A DNA stretch of 64,000 nucleotides from an uncultured Ignavibacteria bacterium (GCA_964563085.1 CAZLVS010000011.1:8328-72327); one strand, 5' to 3'; counted from the first letter of the stretch, positions 1-10,152 are shown. Numbers and translations: made by a program. Notes: generated by a model not told the origin, from the letters alone.

Positions 1-26
1 CAGGTGAGTATCTACGAAACGGGATA

Positions 27-1370
27 ATGCAGGAGGCGATCGATGTTTATCTTTCCGGCAGGGAGTTTTCCGATCAGGAAGATCGGTTCGCCATGGAGCT
101 TGCTAATATTTACGAGATCCTGGGCAGATACGATCAAGCCGCCTCCGAACACCTGCTAATGGCGATCAAGCAGCCAACCAGGGTTTCTATGGTTAACAAT
201 CGAATAAAGTCGATTTTCGAGAGCGCCGAAGATCGCAAAGATATTCTAAAAGCGCTGGAGAAAACCGCTGATAGGTATCCCGAGAACGAAATGAAATTCG
301 TTATCCTCGCCAATGCCTATAGATTGGCTGATGAAAACGACAAAGCGCTGGAATCATACATTGAGTATGATAGGATTACCGAGCACAGGGGGAGACAGCT
401 GATCTCTTTTCTGTCGGATTGCCTCGAAGACCAGCAGTACCAGCTGGCTATGCAGGGAGCGGACTATATTATCGGTACCTATGAGAAAAAGTCGCCTTAT
501 TACTGGAGATGCAGGCAGATAATTGCGGAGGCACACGAAGGTAAAGGAAACATAGACAGGGCTAAGACGGTGCATAGAGCTATTATTGATGAAAGTGATG
601 ATAGGCATATAAAGGTGCAATCGCATATTCGGCTCGGAGAATTCGCCTTTAATGAAAACCACTTCGACAATGCGGAATCGCATTTCAATGAAGTCAGACA
701 GCTCGCGCCCGGAAGCAAGCATGAAATCTATGCAAGAATTCGTCTGGGAGATATCCAGTTTCATACCGAGAACATAGACAGCGCGCTGCATAACTATTCG
801 ACCATAGATGCGGCGAATTTCGATGACGCCAAAGAAGAGCTTATGTTTAAGATTACGCAGATGGAGTTCTATCTTGGTAATTTCGATAGGGCTTCTCTGA
901 TAGGCATGCGATACATTTTCGACTATCCCTCCGGGAAGTTCGCAAATGATTGCCTGCTGCTATTGGATTTAATTGAGCAGGTTAGTTTCGATTCGCTCGG
1001 ACTGCTGAATTTCGCCAAAGCGGATTTCAAGAGCAATATCGGGCATTTTAATGAAGCCGAATCTCTTTTCAGCAAATTAAGCGCAGAAACCTCCAACAAT
1101 ATTATCAGAGAAGCATCGTATCTGAAGACGATTGATATAAACGTGGAAAGGGAAGAATATGATAAGGCGGTGCAATTGATGGAGTCGTTTGAGAAAAAGC
1201 ATCCTGACTCCTACTATATTCCCCAGGTGCTTTTTAAACTCGCTGATTTGTATAAGAACCAATTGAATGAAAAAGAAAAGGCTGCCGCAATCTACCAGCA
1301 GATTATCAATAACTTCCCCGAATCGTTAATAATCGATGACGTACGCAGAAACTTAAGAAGCATTTCCTGA
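27..1370 (+). CDS. TPR-repeat protein. The frame stays open upstream to the window edge, so the gene may be 5'-truncated.
   Basis: 447-aa ORF with degenerate 34-residue repeats rich in A/Y/L, typical of TPR proteins. There is no stop codon between position 3 and the first ATG. Confidence 0.55.
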   Translation: MQEAIDVYLSGREFSDQEDRFAMELANIYEILGRYDQAASEHLLMAIKQPTRVSMVNNRIKSIFESAEDRKDILKALEKTADRYPENEMKFVILANAYRLADENDKALESYIEYDRITEHRGRQLISFLSDCLEDQQYQLAMQGADYIIGTYEKKSPYYWRCRQIIAEAHEGKGNIDRAKTVHRAIIDESDDRHIKVQSHIRLGEFAFNENHFDNAESHFNEVRQLAPGSKHEIYARIRLGDIQFHTENIDSALHNYSTIDAANFDDAKEELMFKITQMEFYLGNFDRASLIGMRYIFDYPSGKFANDCLLLLDLIEQVSFDSLGLLNFAKADFKSNIGHFNEAESLFSKLSAETSNNIIREASYLKTIDINVEREEYDKAVQLMESFEKKHPDSYYIPQVLFKLADLYKNQLNEKEKAAAIYQQIINNFPESLIIDDVRRNLRSIS

Positions 1371-1574
1371 GCCTGGCTTCAACCATACTATCCAATATCA
1401 TAAAACACCCCGCTCCCGCCCAAATTTGCGGATCTATCCACTTGAGTTTTTAAAGAGGAACAATAAATCAAATTTATTTATTTCCTAAAAGAGGTTCAAT
1501 AAGTAAATTTGCAGCTGATGATTCATTCAGTATTTCTATTGTCAATTACGGGTTTATAAATTCAAGGAGTAACA

Positions 1575-2459
1575 ATGGATGTAAAACAATATCTTGATCC
1601 TATTGTGGACTGGTTATTAGCGAGCGGGCTGCGAATTGCGTTAATTATTGTACTTACTCTGATCGCTCTTAAGATTGCAAAGATAGTCTCCAACAGGATT
1701 TTCTCGGTATTTCTCAAGCGGGATACCGAAGGTGAGTTCAAAAAAAGAGCGGACACCCTGAGTTCGCTCCTTCGCTATGTTTTTGGAATCTCGATATTTA
1801 TTACCGCCGCAATAATGGTGCTGGGCGAATTCGGTATAGAAGTGGGACCTATACTCGCTGCCGCCGGTGTCGTCGGTGTGGCGCTTGGGTTCGGCTCGCA
1901 GCATCTGGTGCAGGATATCATCAGCGGCTTCTTTATCCTGCTGGAGGATGAAATTCGGGTTGGAGATGTGGTGCAGATCGGCGGTAAAGGCGGCATCGTG
2001 GAAAGCGTGGATTTACGCATGACAGTGTTGCGGGATCTATCCGGAAATGTTCACTACGTGAGGAATGGACTGATTGATGTCGTAACTAACATGACCAAGG
2101 ATTACTCGAGGTTTGTATTCGATATTGGAGTGGCTTATCGAGAAGATGTGGATGAAGTGATTAAAGTAATCAAGGCGGTGGACGAAGATCTTCGCAGCGA
2201 CCCGGATTATAAATCCGACATACTCGAGCCAATTGAAATCCTCGGACTCGATAAATTTGCCGACTCGGCGGTCATAATAAAAGCCCGCACGAAAACCAAA
2301 CCGATCAAACAATGGGGCATAGGGCGGGAATTCAACCGCAGGTTAAAAAGGGCTTTCGATGAGAATAATATAGAGATTCCGTTCCCGCACGTTACCCTGT
2401 ACCCGGGTCAAGATAAGGATGGACAGGCTCCTCCTTTGTATGTAAACATGAAAGAGTAA
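1575..2459 (+). CDS. Small-conductance mechanosensitive channel, MscS family
   Basis: Three N-terminal TM helices followed by 'GVALGFGSQHLVQDIISGFFILLEDEIRVGDVVQIGG' and a beta-domain ('VESVDLRMTVLRDLSGNVHYVRNG'), which is the canonical MscS pore and TM3 signature. AAGGAG RBS lies 5 nt upstream of the ATG. Confidence 0.8.
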   Translation: MDVKQYLDPIVDWLLASGLRIALIIVLTLIALKIAKIVSNRIFSVFLKRDTEGEFKKRADTLSSLLRYVFGISIFITAAIMVLGEFGIEVGPILAAAGVVGVALGFGSQHLVQDIISGFFILLEDEIRVGDVVQIGGKGGIVESVDLRMTVLRDLSGNVHYVRNGLIDVVTNMTKDYSRFVFDIGVAYREDVDEVIKVIKAVDEDLRSDPDYKSDILEPIEILGLDKFADSAVIIKARTKTKPIKQWGIGREFNRRLKRAFDENNIEIPFPHVTLYPGQDKDGQAPPLYVNMKE

Positions 2460-2582
2460 AAGCAGAATTGAGTTTATTCCATAGCTTAAGTCGTGCAGCT
2501 CTGAAAGTCGAACTGATTCCGTAAAGCGTTACACCTACAGCGGGATTAATGGTTTACCAGTATTGATTACATCTCATATAAA

Positions 2583-2602
2583 GCGGGACAAGAATGTCCC
2601 GC
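2583..2602. terminator. Hairpin between the convergent mscS-like and 375-aa genes; possible bidirectional terminator
   Basis: Perfect 8-bp stem gcgggaca/tgtcccgc with a 4-nt loop, in a 168-bp convergent intergenic region. No clean T-run follows. Confidence 0.3.
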
Positions 2603-2627
2603 CCACCAACGAATATAGATGATTTGA

Positions 2628-3755
2628 TTAGTCTTCGAGCAGCTCGACATTCGCTCTGGGGACAATAACCTTGCCTTCCGCCTCAAATTCGACTTCAAGA
2701 ACGCGAGCCTTCGACTCGGACTCCAATTTCTGCAGCGGCGACGGAAGGTCGCTGACCTTTCCGATTTTACCGAAGTAAGGATGGCGAATAACACGTATCG
2801 GAGAACCCACTTCCAATCCATGGCTTGCGACTTTATCCTCCTCGTGCGTGGCGTGGATGTCGCCCTCATAAGGAATTACCACCTCGGGCCTGATAACACC
2901 GGCTCTGATCTGTGTGGCTCCGTTGATGCAAGCCAGTTGGCCCTCCTTAGATTTCAGCAGGCTGTATGTGTGTTCCGCCATAGCTATCTCTCCGAATCCC
3001 TCGGTAACGACCAGAGTAATACCCTTGTCTTCGTTTCCGGTAATGGCGACACCCAGATCGTGTCCAAGAAAATCCCTGAGGTCTTTATCGTTGAATCCGC
3101 CGACTACGATACCTCGCACCCCTACGGTTATCGCTTTCTTCAAGGCTGATGCGGTAACCAGGGAGCCGCCGACAATAATTTTCTCCTTTAGCTCCGGAGT
3201 AATATCCTTCTCATCAAGAATGGTATCGGGATTAGGCGATACGATTTTTAACTCACCATGAGTTTCACCGCCGATACCGAAAATCCCTTGGGCAAATGCT
3301 CCCCAAGTTCTGACCTCAACACCCTCCTCCGGTATGATTTTGTAAACCTCGCCTTTAATATAAGCCTTAACCTCAACCGGTACCGGCGCTCCTCTAAGTA
3401 GAACCTGACCCGTAACCGAAGAGACGTGTTCGAGATCACCTTCAATTTTGGCTTTGCAGGTTGACGTGAATAGCCCAAAAAACGACTTGGATTTTGCGAT
3501 GATCTCGCCCTGTTCCACGTGATCGCCAATCTGTTTGAGCATGCAGTCGTTAACATCCTCAGGCGGAATACCGAGAATATTAGCGACGTTCATCGGTTCC
3601 ACTGTTCCCGGAAGCTCGGTTCTGGCGACCACGGTATCCGGTTCAACCGTATCCCCTTCCTTAACGACAACCTCGCCCTTTAAGGGAAGTATTCGTTTCT
3701 TGGATATCTGAGCCTTTTCCGTTACTTTAAGACCTGGCGTATAAGCATGAGCCAT
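2628..3755 (-). CDS. Uncharacterised protein with an N-terminal lipoyl/biotinyl-like hybrid-barrel motif. It is the last gene of the three-gene operon with 4046..5893.
   Basis: 375-aa ORF. The N-terminus 'LPLKGEVVVKEGDTVEPDTVVA' resembles the hybrid-barrel N-termini of RnfC/NqrA-type proteins. The body is rich in G/V and I did not recognise a family. Its ATG is preceded by a GAGGTG RBS. Confidence 0.55.
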   Translation of the reverse strand: MAHAYTPGLKVTEKAQISKKRILPLKGEVVVKEGDTVEPDTVVARTELPGTVEPMNVANILGIPPEDVNDCMLKQIGDHVEQGEIIAKSKSFFGLFTSTCKAKIEGDLEHVSSVTGQVLLRGAPVPVEVKAYIKGEVYKIIPEEGVEVRTWGAFAQGIFGIGGETHGELKIVSPNPDTILDEKDITPELKEKIIVGGSLVTASALKKAITVGVRGIVVGGFNDKDLRDFLGHDLGVAITGNEDKGITLVVTEGFGEIAMAEHTYSLLKSKEGQLACINGATQIRAGVIRPEVVIPYEGDIHATHEEDKVASHGLEVGSPIRVIRHPYFGKIGKVSDLPSPLQKLESESKARVLEVEFEAEGKVIVPRANVELLED

Positions 3756-4045
3756 ATATTCACCTCATTATATGTAAAAACACTATTTTCTACTTGTTTT
3801 TGCCTTCTTCGATCAGGTTTTCCGCAATCCTCACAGAAATGTTCATATTGTCTGCCCTGAAGAACTTTGCTAAACCAATATTCCTCGGCTCCGGATGTAT
3901 GGACGCTGAGATTGCGAACCGATCCCCATCCACAGATTTTTTCATTCGCAAACCTATCCCATTCCACCTGTTTGAGCGAGTCAATAACAGTGGGGACGAA
4001 CTTCAGGTTATAAGTATAGAGAGTTCGGTAATCTTCTATTTCCAC
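3722..4045 (-). CDS. Small Cys-containing hypothetical protein (107 aa) with a GTG start abutting the stop of the upstream gene
   Basis: The ORF fills the 290-bp gap between the 615-aa and 375-aa genes. Its GTG lies directly after the TAA of 4046..5893. It carries a 'C..HFCEDCGK' Cys/His motif. An alternative 64-aa ORF (3790..3984) is open in another frame. Confidence 0.3.
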   Translation of the reverse strand: MEIEDYRTLYTYNLKFVPTVIDSLKQVEWDRFANEKICGWGSVRNLSVHTSGAEEYWFSKVLQGRQYEHFCEDCGKPDRRRQKQVENSVFTYNEVNIWLMLIRQVLK

Positions 4046-5893
4046 TTAAGCCAGTTCCTCGAGTAAATCCTTGTTATAAATATCCAGGGCATGCATCCAC
4101 TCCTTTAGTTTCGTTACCCGCGTCTTCTCATCCTCAGGCAACCTGAAGGGACGTCCGCGCCCATCGAGTATTATCCCAACGACTCCCCCTGAAACCTCAG
4201 TTTCGATTCTATGACCCTTCCCTTCGCCGATATCAAGAGATTTCGCCGGATCCAGAGAAGCCTTGACCTTAACGGGAAGCGATGAACTCTCGTCAATTCC
4301 AGCTTTTATGAGTTTAATCTCACCGAACGACAGCTTGCCTTCTTCCACCGATCCATCGGGAAGTTTAAATTTATAGGTTAGCACAGTACCGTCGCCCTTG
4401 AACTCACCGGTCGGCGCTATACAGGTTCCCAGATGAATCAGGCAATCTTTGTTGAACACCTCGGTTGCCGCTTGCTCGTGAATTGTGGAAAGCACCCCCA
4501 ACTGGGGCATCATAAAAATCGAATCGACCGCCAGGCGGGTAATTCCTTCCGGAAGGAATGCGTCCATCATCATCAGCGCGGATTGTTGTCTGCGCGGAGC
4601 GTGCGACAACACACCTCCCGATCCGATCAGCATATTCAGCGACATCATGTTAACTAAGGTCTGTCCGCCGACTGTTTGATCGAAGGCGTCCGCGATAGTT
4701 CTCTGTTGCTGAACTCCCTTTAACACGGTGGCGAAACTCTTATGCTGAATAAACGCCAGCCTCAGGGCTTCCCTGGCAATAGCTTGTTCAAAAACCAGTT
4801 CGCTGAGGGACTGCGGTATGGTGGTCGGTCTTATCATTTTGTTCTTAACCCGATTGCGAAGATCGCGTTCGTTCATATCAAACGGCACCCACCTCATTAC
4901 ATTCTCCAAGCCGGATTCGGCGAAGACATTGGATACGGAATAACTCATTCCCAAATTAGCGGAAACCGTCCGATTAAATATTCCCTGAAATACAGAGAAG
5001 ACGTCAGTCGTAGCGCCGCCTATATCCACACCGACAGCGTCAATTTTTTCGATATCCGCAATAGTCTTAATAATCAAACCCACTGCGCCGGGAGTCGGCA
5101 TAATCGGAGCATGCGCCCAGTCCATCAGTTTGGAGTAGCCGGGAGCCTGAGCCATCACATGTTCCATGAACAGATCGTGGATTTTCTCGCGGGCGGGCAG
5201 AAGGTTTTCCCTCTCAAGCACCGGTCGAATGTTTTCGACAATGTCCAGAGCAACCTTCGCCTCAAGCGTTTCCTTAACAGCATCGCGCGCCTTATTATTA
5301 CCAGCGTAAATCACCGGAAGGTTATAACCGGATCCAAGCCTGGGTTTGGGGTCGGCGGCGGATATCAACTCAGCGAGTTCCGCCACATGAGTGGTGGTTC
5401 CGCCATCGATACCGCCTGACAGCAGGATCATATCCGGTCGGAGATGACGTATCCTTTCGATCTGCTGATGAGGCAGACGCTTATCATTGGAGGCTATCAC
5501 GTCCATTACGATAGCGCCGGCGCCCAATGCCGCGCGTTCGGCTGATTCCGCAGTCATCGAACGCACCACCCCCGCCACCATCATCTGCAGTCCCCCTCCC
5601 GCCGATGATGTAGATATGTAGATATCCGCACCGGTCTTATCTTTTGCCGGCGATATTATCCTGTGTTTTTCATCCAATATCTTTCTTCCCGACAATTCTT
5701 CCACCTCGGCGATAGCATTCAGCACGCCCATCGTTACATCCTCGAAAGGCGCTTCAACCGTTGTAGGCGCTTCGCCGCGAACGATCAGACGATATTCCCC
5801 GTCCCGATATTCGATTAAAATCGCCTTGGTTGTAGTGGAGCCGCAATCGGTGGCTAAAATTACTTTAATGTCTTCAGGCTTCTTTTTAGTCAT
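4046..5893 (-). CDS. MutL/GlmL-like ASKHA-fold protein: two actin-like ATPase domains, as in the glutamate mutase accessory protein and hydantoinase-A families
   Basis: N-terminal 'KVILATDCGSTTTKAILI' and central 'VGVDIGGATTDVFSV' phosphate-binding motifs (DxGxT) typical of MutL/GlmL (PF13941-like) and hydantoinase_A proteins. There is an approximately 150-aa C-terminal extension. Confidence 0.6.
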   Translation of the reverse strand: MTKKKPEDIKVILATDCGSTTTKAILIEYRDGEYRLIVRGEAPTTVEAPFEDVTMGVLNAIAEVEELSGRKILDEKHRIISPAKDKTGADIYISTSSAGGGLQMMVAGVVRSMTAESAERAALGAGAIVMDVIASNDKRLPHQQIERIRHLRPDMILLSGGIDGGTTTHVAELAELISAADPKPRLGSGYNLPVIYAGNNKARDAVKETLEAKVALDIVENIRPVLERENLLPAREKIHDLFMEHVMAQAPGYSKLMDWAHAPIMPTPGAVGLIIKTIADIEKIDAVGVDIGGATTDVFSVFQGIFNRTVSANLGMSYSVSNVFAESGLENVMRWVPFDMNERDLRNRVKNKMIRPTTIPQSLSELVFEQAIAREALRLAFIQHKSFATVLKGVQQQRTIADAFDQTVGGQTLVNMMSLNMLIGSGGVLSHAPRRQQSALMMMDAFLPEGITRLAVDSIFMMPQLGVLSTIHEQAATEVFNKDCLIHLGTCIAPTGEFKGDGTVLTYKFKLPDGSVEEGKLSFGEIKLIKAGIDESSSLPVKVKASLDPAKSLDIGEGKGHRIETEVSGGVVGIILDGRGRPFRLPEDEKTRVTKLKEWMHALDIYNKDLLEELA

Positions 5894-5932
5894 AATCTAT
5901 CCCCAAAACAATATTTTATTCTAATTCTTAAT

Positions 5933-6649
5933 CTAATCAGACGAACCGCCTCTTGAATAACTGCCATTGAATCCTCTTGAAAAGACCCAATCCTTAATAC
6001 TCTTCTCTTCATCCTTCTTAGACTGTGGTTTTACCTCCGCATCGGCTTCGGAGGAATCTTGCCGCTCCTCTCCGGTACAGTTCCGATAATCATCATAGCG
6101 GTCGTTGTCTGCACTATAATCACGATGATTACTATGGGTTCTCGAACGGACTTTTTCGAATTCGTTTTTCATGTCTCTCAGGTTTATATAGTTATGTCCT
6201 ACCGCATTGCGCAATTCCAGGGCTGTCATAGTATCTACCGCAACAACAATTACTTTCCGCCCTCGACTACGAAGCAGTTCAACCGCTCTCTCAAAATCCC
6301 CGTCGCCGGAAAAGAGAATTGCGGTTTCATACAAATTAATAGTATTGAACATGTCAATTACAATTTCGATATCCAGATTAGATTTCACTACTTCCCGGTT
6401 GGCTCGTTTATCCCACATACTTTTGATCTTCTTTACTCGAACCGTGAATCCCATCCTCATCAGCGCCTTGAAGAAATCCTCCCGTTCGGAACCGAAATCA
6501 CCATCGTATCCGGTATAATAAAAAGCGTTTACTAATTCTTTCCCATTAGTAAAATACCGAAGTATTTTATTGTACTCAAAGTGCCAGCCTAACTCTCTTT
6601 GCGAATAGAACATGTTTGAACCGTCGACGAACAAAGAGACTTTTTCCAT
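5933..6649 (-). CDS. NYN-domain (LabA-like, DUF88) predicted ribonuclease with a low-complexity acidic/basic C-terminal tail
   Basis: 'LFVDGSNMFYS' and 'ILFSGDGDFERAVELLRSRGRKVIVVA' match the PIN-like NYN catalytic core. Confidence 0.75.
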   Translation of the reverse strand: MEKVSLFVDGSNMFYSQRELGWHFEYNKILRYFTNGKELVNAFYYTGYDGDFGSEREDFFKALMRMGFTVRVKKIKSMWDKRANREVVKSNLDIEIVIDMFNTINLYETAILFSGDGDFERAVELLRSRGRKVIVVAVDTMTALELRNAVGHNYINLRDMKNEFEKVRSRTHSNHRDYSADNDRYDDYRNCTGEERQDSSEADAEVKPQSKKDEEKSIKDWVFSRGFNGSYSRGGSSD

Positions 6650-6749
6650 AATACGAATACCTCATAAAAGAACAAAATTGATAAAATAATGAGCAATCAT
6701 ATAATTCAATGTAACGGAATATAATATCAGGAATTAATCTATGCAAATG

Positions 6750-7184
6750 TTATGCATTTTTATCCTTCTTTCGTTTAAACCTCGCCCAGAAACCTCTCTT
6801 CGCCTTTTTCCTTTCCTTCTTTAACGCCTGTTCTTTTTCGTAAGCATCGGCGTCCAGTTTTTCGATCTTCTGAATGAGAACCTCCACCGACTCGCGTTTC
6901 TCCAGCGTTTTCTGCAAAACATCATAATCCTTGAAGGAGAACATAGCATGCACAAATGGTTCGAAAAAGACCATTGCCTGCGATCCAATCCAGTTAAGCG
7001 GCTTGATCGACTCCAAAAACATTATTGCTGGCACCGCCATTTTCCATTCGATTACTTTGGCGGCGAGTCTATGGAGAGCCTGATGCTCATGTTCGGAGAT
7101 TTTATCATTGGGATCAACCGGAGGTTGTCCGTCCCGGAAGATATCACGAAGAGACATCTTCGTCGCCTCCTTCCTTCGGCTCAT
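6750..7184 (-). CDS. Hypothetical protein with a basic C-terminus
   Basis: 144-aa ORF in an operon-like array with 7144..7626 and 7586..7801. No recognised family. Confidence 0.4.
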   Translation of the reverse strand: MSRRKEATKMSLRDIFRDGQPPVDPNDKISEHEHQALHRLAAKVIEWKMAVPAIMFLESIKPLNWIGSQAMVFFEPFVHAMFSFKDYDVLQKTLEKRESVEVLIQKIEKLDADAYEKEQALKKERKKAKRGFWARFKRKKDKNA

Positions 7185-7626
7185 CCTTTGATATCATCGC
7201 CTGCACAAAGTTTATAACTTCTTCCCTATTATCTGAAAATCTCAAATAAACTCCTCTGAAGTTCTCGAGCCTCGATGGTTTAACGAAAGGAGACAGAAAG
7301 ACGCCGTTGCTATCCGGGCAGCAGCTTCGGAATCTACTCCAATTATACGTTTTGACGCCGGAGAGGCTTCTTATCTCCACACCGTCCTGATTCATAGCAT
7401 ATCTGGTGGGAATATAAAATGAAGACAAAGATCCAACCATGATTATTACTGCCACAACAGTCAGCAAGGGACTATGAGTTGTTAAATATACCGTCACGAA
7501 AATTACTAAGAGAAAGATGCTGACAATCAGAGTCCGCTTCCAGCTTACGGCAGCGGGATGATTCACCCATTCAACGGCATTGTCGTTAGAATTCCGATTG
7601 GTCTCGATATCGTTCTTTCCGGACAT
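7144..7626 (-). CDS. Hypothetical membrane protein: two TM helices plus a possible bacterial PH-like domain
   Basis: Hydrophobic segments 'LIVSIFLLVIFVTVYL' and 'LLTVVAVIIMVGSL' followed by a soluble domain. Confidence 0.5.
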   Translation of the reverse strand: MSGKNDIETNRNSNDNAVEWVNHPAAVSWKRTLIVSIFLLVIFVTVYLTTHSPLLTVVAVIIMVGSLSSFYIPTRYAMNQDGVEIRSLSGVKTYNWSRFRSCCPDSNGVFLSPFVKPSRLENFRGVYLRFSDNREEVINFVQAMISKDEPKEGGDEDVSS

Positions 7627-7801
7627 CCTGCATCTTTTTCAAATACTCTTCGGGATCGATAATACCCTTCTCAATCAGAATCGCAACCAGCGCTTCCGTC
7701 GCCAAATTGTTGGAAAGAGACAGCTCCTCATAGCTAACCTCCTTAACCTGATCGCCGATCTTAATCTTTAATAACGCCTTTTTATCCTTGCCTTTTGCCA
7801 T
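7586..7801 (-). CDS. Small hypothetical protein (71 aa)
   Basis: Begins 17 nt after the stop of 7819..9639 and overlaps the next ORF by 41 nt. Lys/Glu-rich. Confidence 0.3.
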   Translation of the reverse strand: MAKGKDKKALLKIKIGDQVKEVSYEELSLSNNLATEALVAILIEKGIIDPEEYLKKMQDVRKERYRDQSEF

Positions 7802-7818
7802 TTTAATCCCAAAGTCAA

Positions 7819-9639
7819 TTATTCGGATAGGCGCACAACTTCATCGCCTACAATTCTACAATACATAACATCGCTATTCAAGCCGCCCCTTGCTTTGAAG
7901 GTTACATCGCCGCTGACTCCTTTGTAATCCTCGATCTTGTTCAATCCATGGGTGATATTAAAACCGCCGATCTCCCTAACCGTCGTCAATATTATCATCG
8001 CCGCATCGTAGCTTAAGCCGGCAACTCTCTTGGGGCTGATTCCATACTGCTTTCGAAACCGGGCGGAAAAGCGAGCCCATCGGGGCTCTTTGGGAAACGG
8101 ATAGAAATCCGTGGCGAAAACAGCGCCGTCGAGATAACCTTTCGCGCTTTTAAGAACCTCAGGATCGGACCATCCTTCGCTGCCCAACAGCGTGGTTTCC
8201 ATCTGCCCGAATACCACCTGAGGAGCGATCATAGCCACTTCGTCAGCAAATCCCGGAATGAAAAGGCCATCCAGCCGTACAGGCCATTCATACTTGGGCA
8301 GTAGTTCTTCCGGTTGTTTAGGATTGATATACAAGGATGAATCCGCCAATCCTTCCTCCAGCAGCTGCTCGATATCCTCGGTCAGAACTTCTTTGATCTC
8401 TGTCAACGGTCTTCTAAAATCAGTCATACCCCGCTGATAGAAAGCGATTTTGATCACCTCCCCATTCAGCCGTTTCACTTCCTGCACAAACGCGGCAGAT
8501 ACATCTTCCCCATACGCATCATTGGGGGTGATGATGCCAAACTGTTCAAGACCGAGTTTCCTGATTGCATAACTTGCTATTTGCTTGCCTATATATTCCG
8601 AATCGGGGCTTAGTTGAAATATACTCCTTCCTACCGCCGCAATGCCTTTTCCCGAGGCGGCGGGAACCACCAATGGCACATTTTCATACTGGCAAATTAT
8701 CGCTGCAGCGAAGGCGTTCTCACTCTGAAGCGGTCCGATGATAACATCAACACCCGATTGAATCAACTCCCTGGTGCCCTCAACCGTGTTTATCGATGTC
8801 CCCAGATTATCGTACACTTCCAACTCAACTTCCGTGGAGGTATCCGCAGTGTTGAAATCCTCCAGGGCCAGTTTTATTCCCCTGAGCATATTGATGCCGT
8901 ACTCAGAATATCTGCCGGACAATGGGATCAGCATTCCAATCCTGAGGAGCCCGGGATCTTCCTTGGATTTTCCGAACTCCAATTCCTGCGCTCGTAAGGC
9001 GAATTCGCTGTTGGAGTACTTCTCCTTCAATCGGGAAATCGTACTTGCGGCTTTCTCCGGTCTATTCTCCCTTATCTCTCTTTTCGCTTTGAGATAATGC
9101 ATCTCCGCCGATAGCTGATAATTATCAGCCCTGGTAGCGAGGTCGTCCAACCTCGCAAGCGATATATGGTCTTCGATAACATTCCTCAGCGAGATTCTCG
9201 CCTTGTCCTTTAAATCAGAATCATCAAGCCTATCATAAGCCTGGATGTAGTAATACGCTGCGCCGAAGGGATCATCTTGCTGAAAGCGAATATCCCCCAG
9301 CAAAAGCAATGCTCCCCCAATGTATTGCGAGTATGGAAACTCATTTATAAAATCCTCAAACTCCTTTTCCGCAAACTCGAGCATTCCCAGCTTGTGATGC
9401 GAACGCGCCTTCATAAACCAGGAAATTGAAAACCTCGGTTCCATCGGATAATCGGTCAGAAGCTCATCAAAAAGCTCCGCCGCCTGGGAATAATTTTCAT
9501 TCTCGAAGCTGTCAACCGCCTGCTGAAACAGGGCATCAGCGCTATCTTGCGACAATGCCGCTGAACCGATGAAGAGCGAACACATCGCCATCATCGAGAG
9601 AAGATTTCTCAATCTGTTAGGGGGTATATTCTTTTTCAC
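7819..9639 (-). CDS. TPR-repeat plus periplasmic-binding-protein type 1 (LivK-like) domain protein with LpoA-like architecture; predicted lipoprotein or exported
   Basis: Signal peptide 'LSMMAMCSLFIGSAALS'. N-terminal TPRs. The C-terminal half has the PBP1 fold pattern ('LRIGMLIPLSGRYSEYG', 'VDVIIGPLQSENA', 'VPLVVPAASG'). Confidence 0.7.
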   Translation of the reverse strand: MKKNIPPNRLRNLLSMMAMCSLFIGSAALSQDSADALFQQAVDSFENENYSQAAELFDELLTDYPMEPRFSISWFMKARSHHKLGMLEFAEKEFEDFINEFPYSQYIGGALLLLGDIRFQQDDPFGAAYYYIQAYDRLDDSDLKDKARISLRNVIEDHISLARLDDLATRADNYQLSAEMHYLKAKREIRENRPEKAASTISRLKEKYSNSEFALRAQELEFGKSKEDPGLLRIGMLIPLSGRYSEYGINMLRGIKLALEDFNTADTSTEVELEVYDNLGTSINTVEGTRELIQSGVDVIIGPLQSENAFAAAIICQYENVPLVVPAASGKGIAAVGRSIFQLSPDSEYIGKQIASYAIRKLGLEQFGIITPNDAYGEDVSAAFVQEVKRLNGEVIKIAFYQRGMTDFRRPLTEIKEVLTEDIEQLLEEGLADSSLYINPKQPEELLPKYEWPVRLDGLFIPGFADEVAMIAPQVVFGQMETTLLGSEGWSDPEVLKSAKGYLDGAVFATDFYPFPKEPRWARFSARFRKQYGISPKRVAGLSYDAAMIILTTVREIGGFNITHGLNKIEDYKGVSGDVTFKARGGLNSDVMYCRIVGDEVVRLSE

Positions 9640-9657
9640 CTTGTGTCTGCTCCTGGG

Positions 9658-10152
9658 TTAAAGCGAATACTTCCCGAAATCTTCCGGATTAATTCTTCTC
9701 AATCTCTCCTTCAAGGATTCTTCGTTCTTTGGCAATCCTTGTGATTCCCGTTGTTCGGGGGAAAGCGTAAGAAGATCGCTGTTAATAAAAATGGGGGCTT
9801 TCGTTTTCAAAGCCAGCGCTATCGAATCCGAAGGTCGCGCATCGACCTTAATAACCTCATCCCCGTTTTTAGCGATATGAATTTTAGCATAAAAGGTCTG
9901 CTCCTTTAGTTCGGTAATCTCGATTCTATCGACTTTACCGCCGATAGAGGAAATGACCGATGCTAAAAGATCGTGAGTTAGCGGGCGTTTCGATGGTACT
10001 CCGGAGAGTTCCATTCCGATCGCCCATGCCTCGTAATGCCCGATCCATATTGGCAGGATTTTCTGGGAATCCTCGGGGGCTAATATAACCACCGGAGAAT
10101 TCGTGGAAGCGTCCAACGCCAATCCGTTAATCTGCGCTTTTACCATTTCCAT
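9658..10152 (-). CDS. Bifunctional nuclease family protein (BFN/DUF151)
   Basis: 'NSPVVILAPEDSQKILPIWIGHYEAWAIGMEL' and 'PLTHDLL' are the hallmark of the DUF151 nuclease domain. Confidence 0.7.
   Translation of the reverse strand: MEMVKAQINGLALDASTNSPVVILAPEDSQKILPIWIGHYEAWAIGMELSGVPSKRPLTHDLLASVISSIGGKVDRIEITELKEQTFYAKIHIAKNGDEVIKVDARPSDSIALALKTKAPIFINSDLLTLSPEQRESQGLPKNEESLKERLRRINPEDFGKYSL

Noticed and set aside
354-791. 145-aa and 72-aa antisense ORFs inside the TPR gene
   Set aside because: Fully embedded antisense to a well-supported longer ORF. No RBS or family signal. Typical shadow ORFs.
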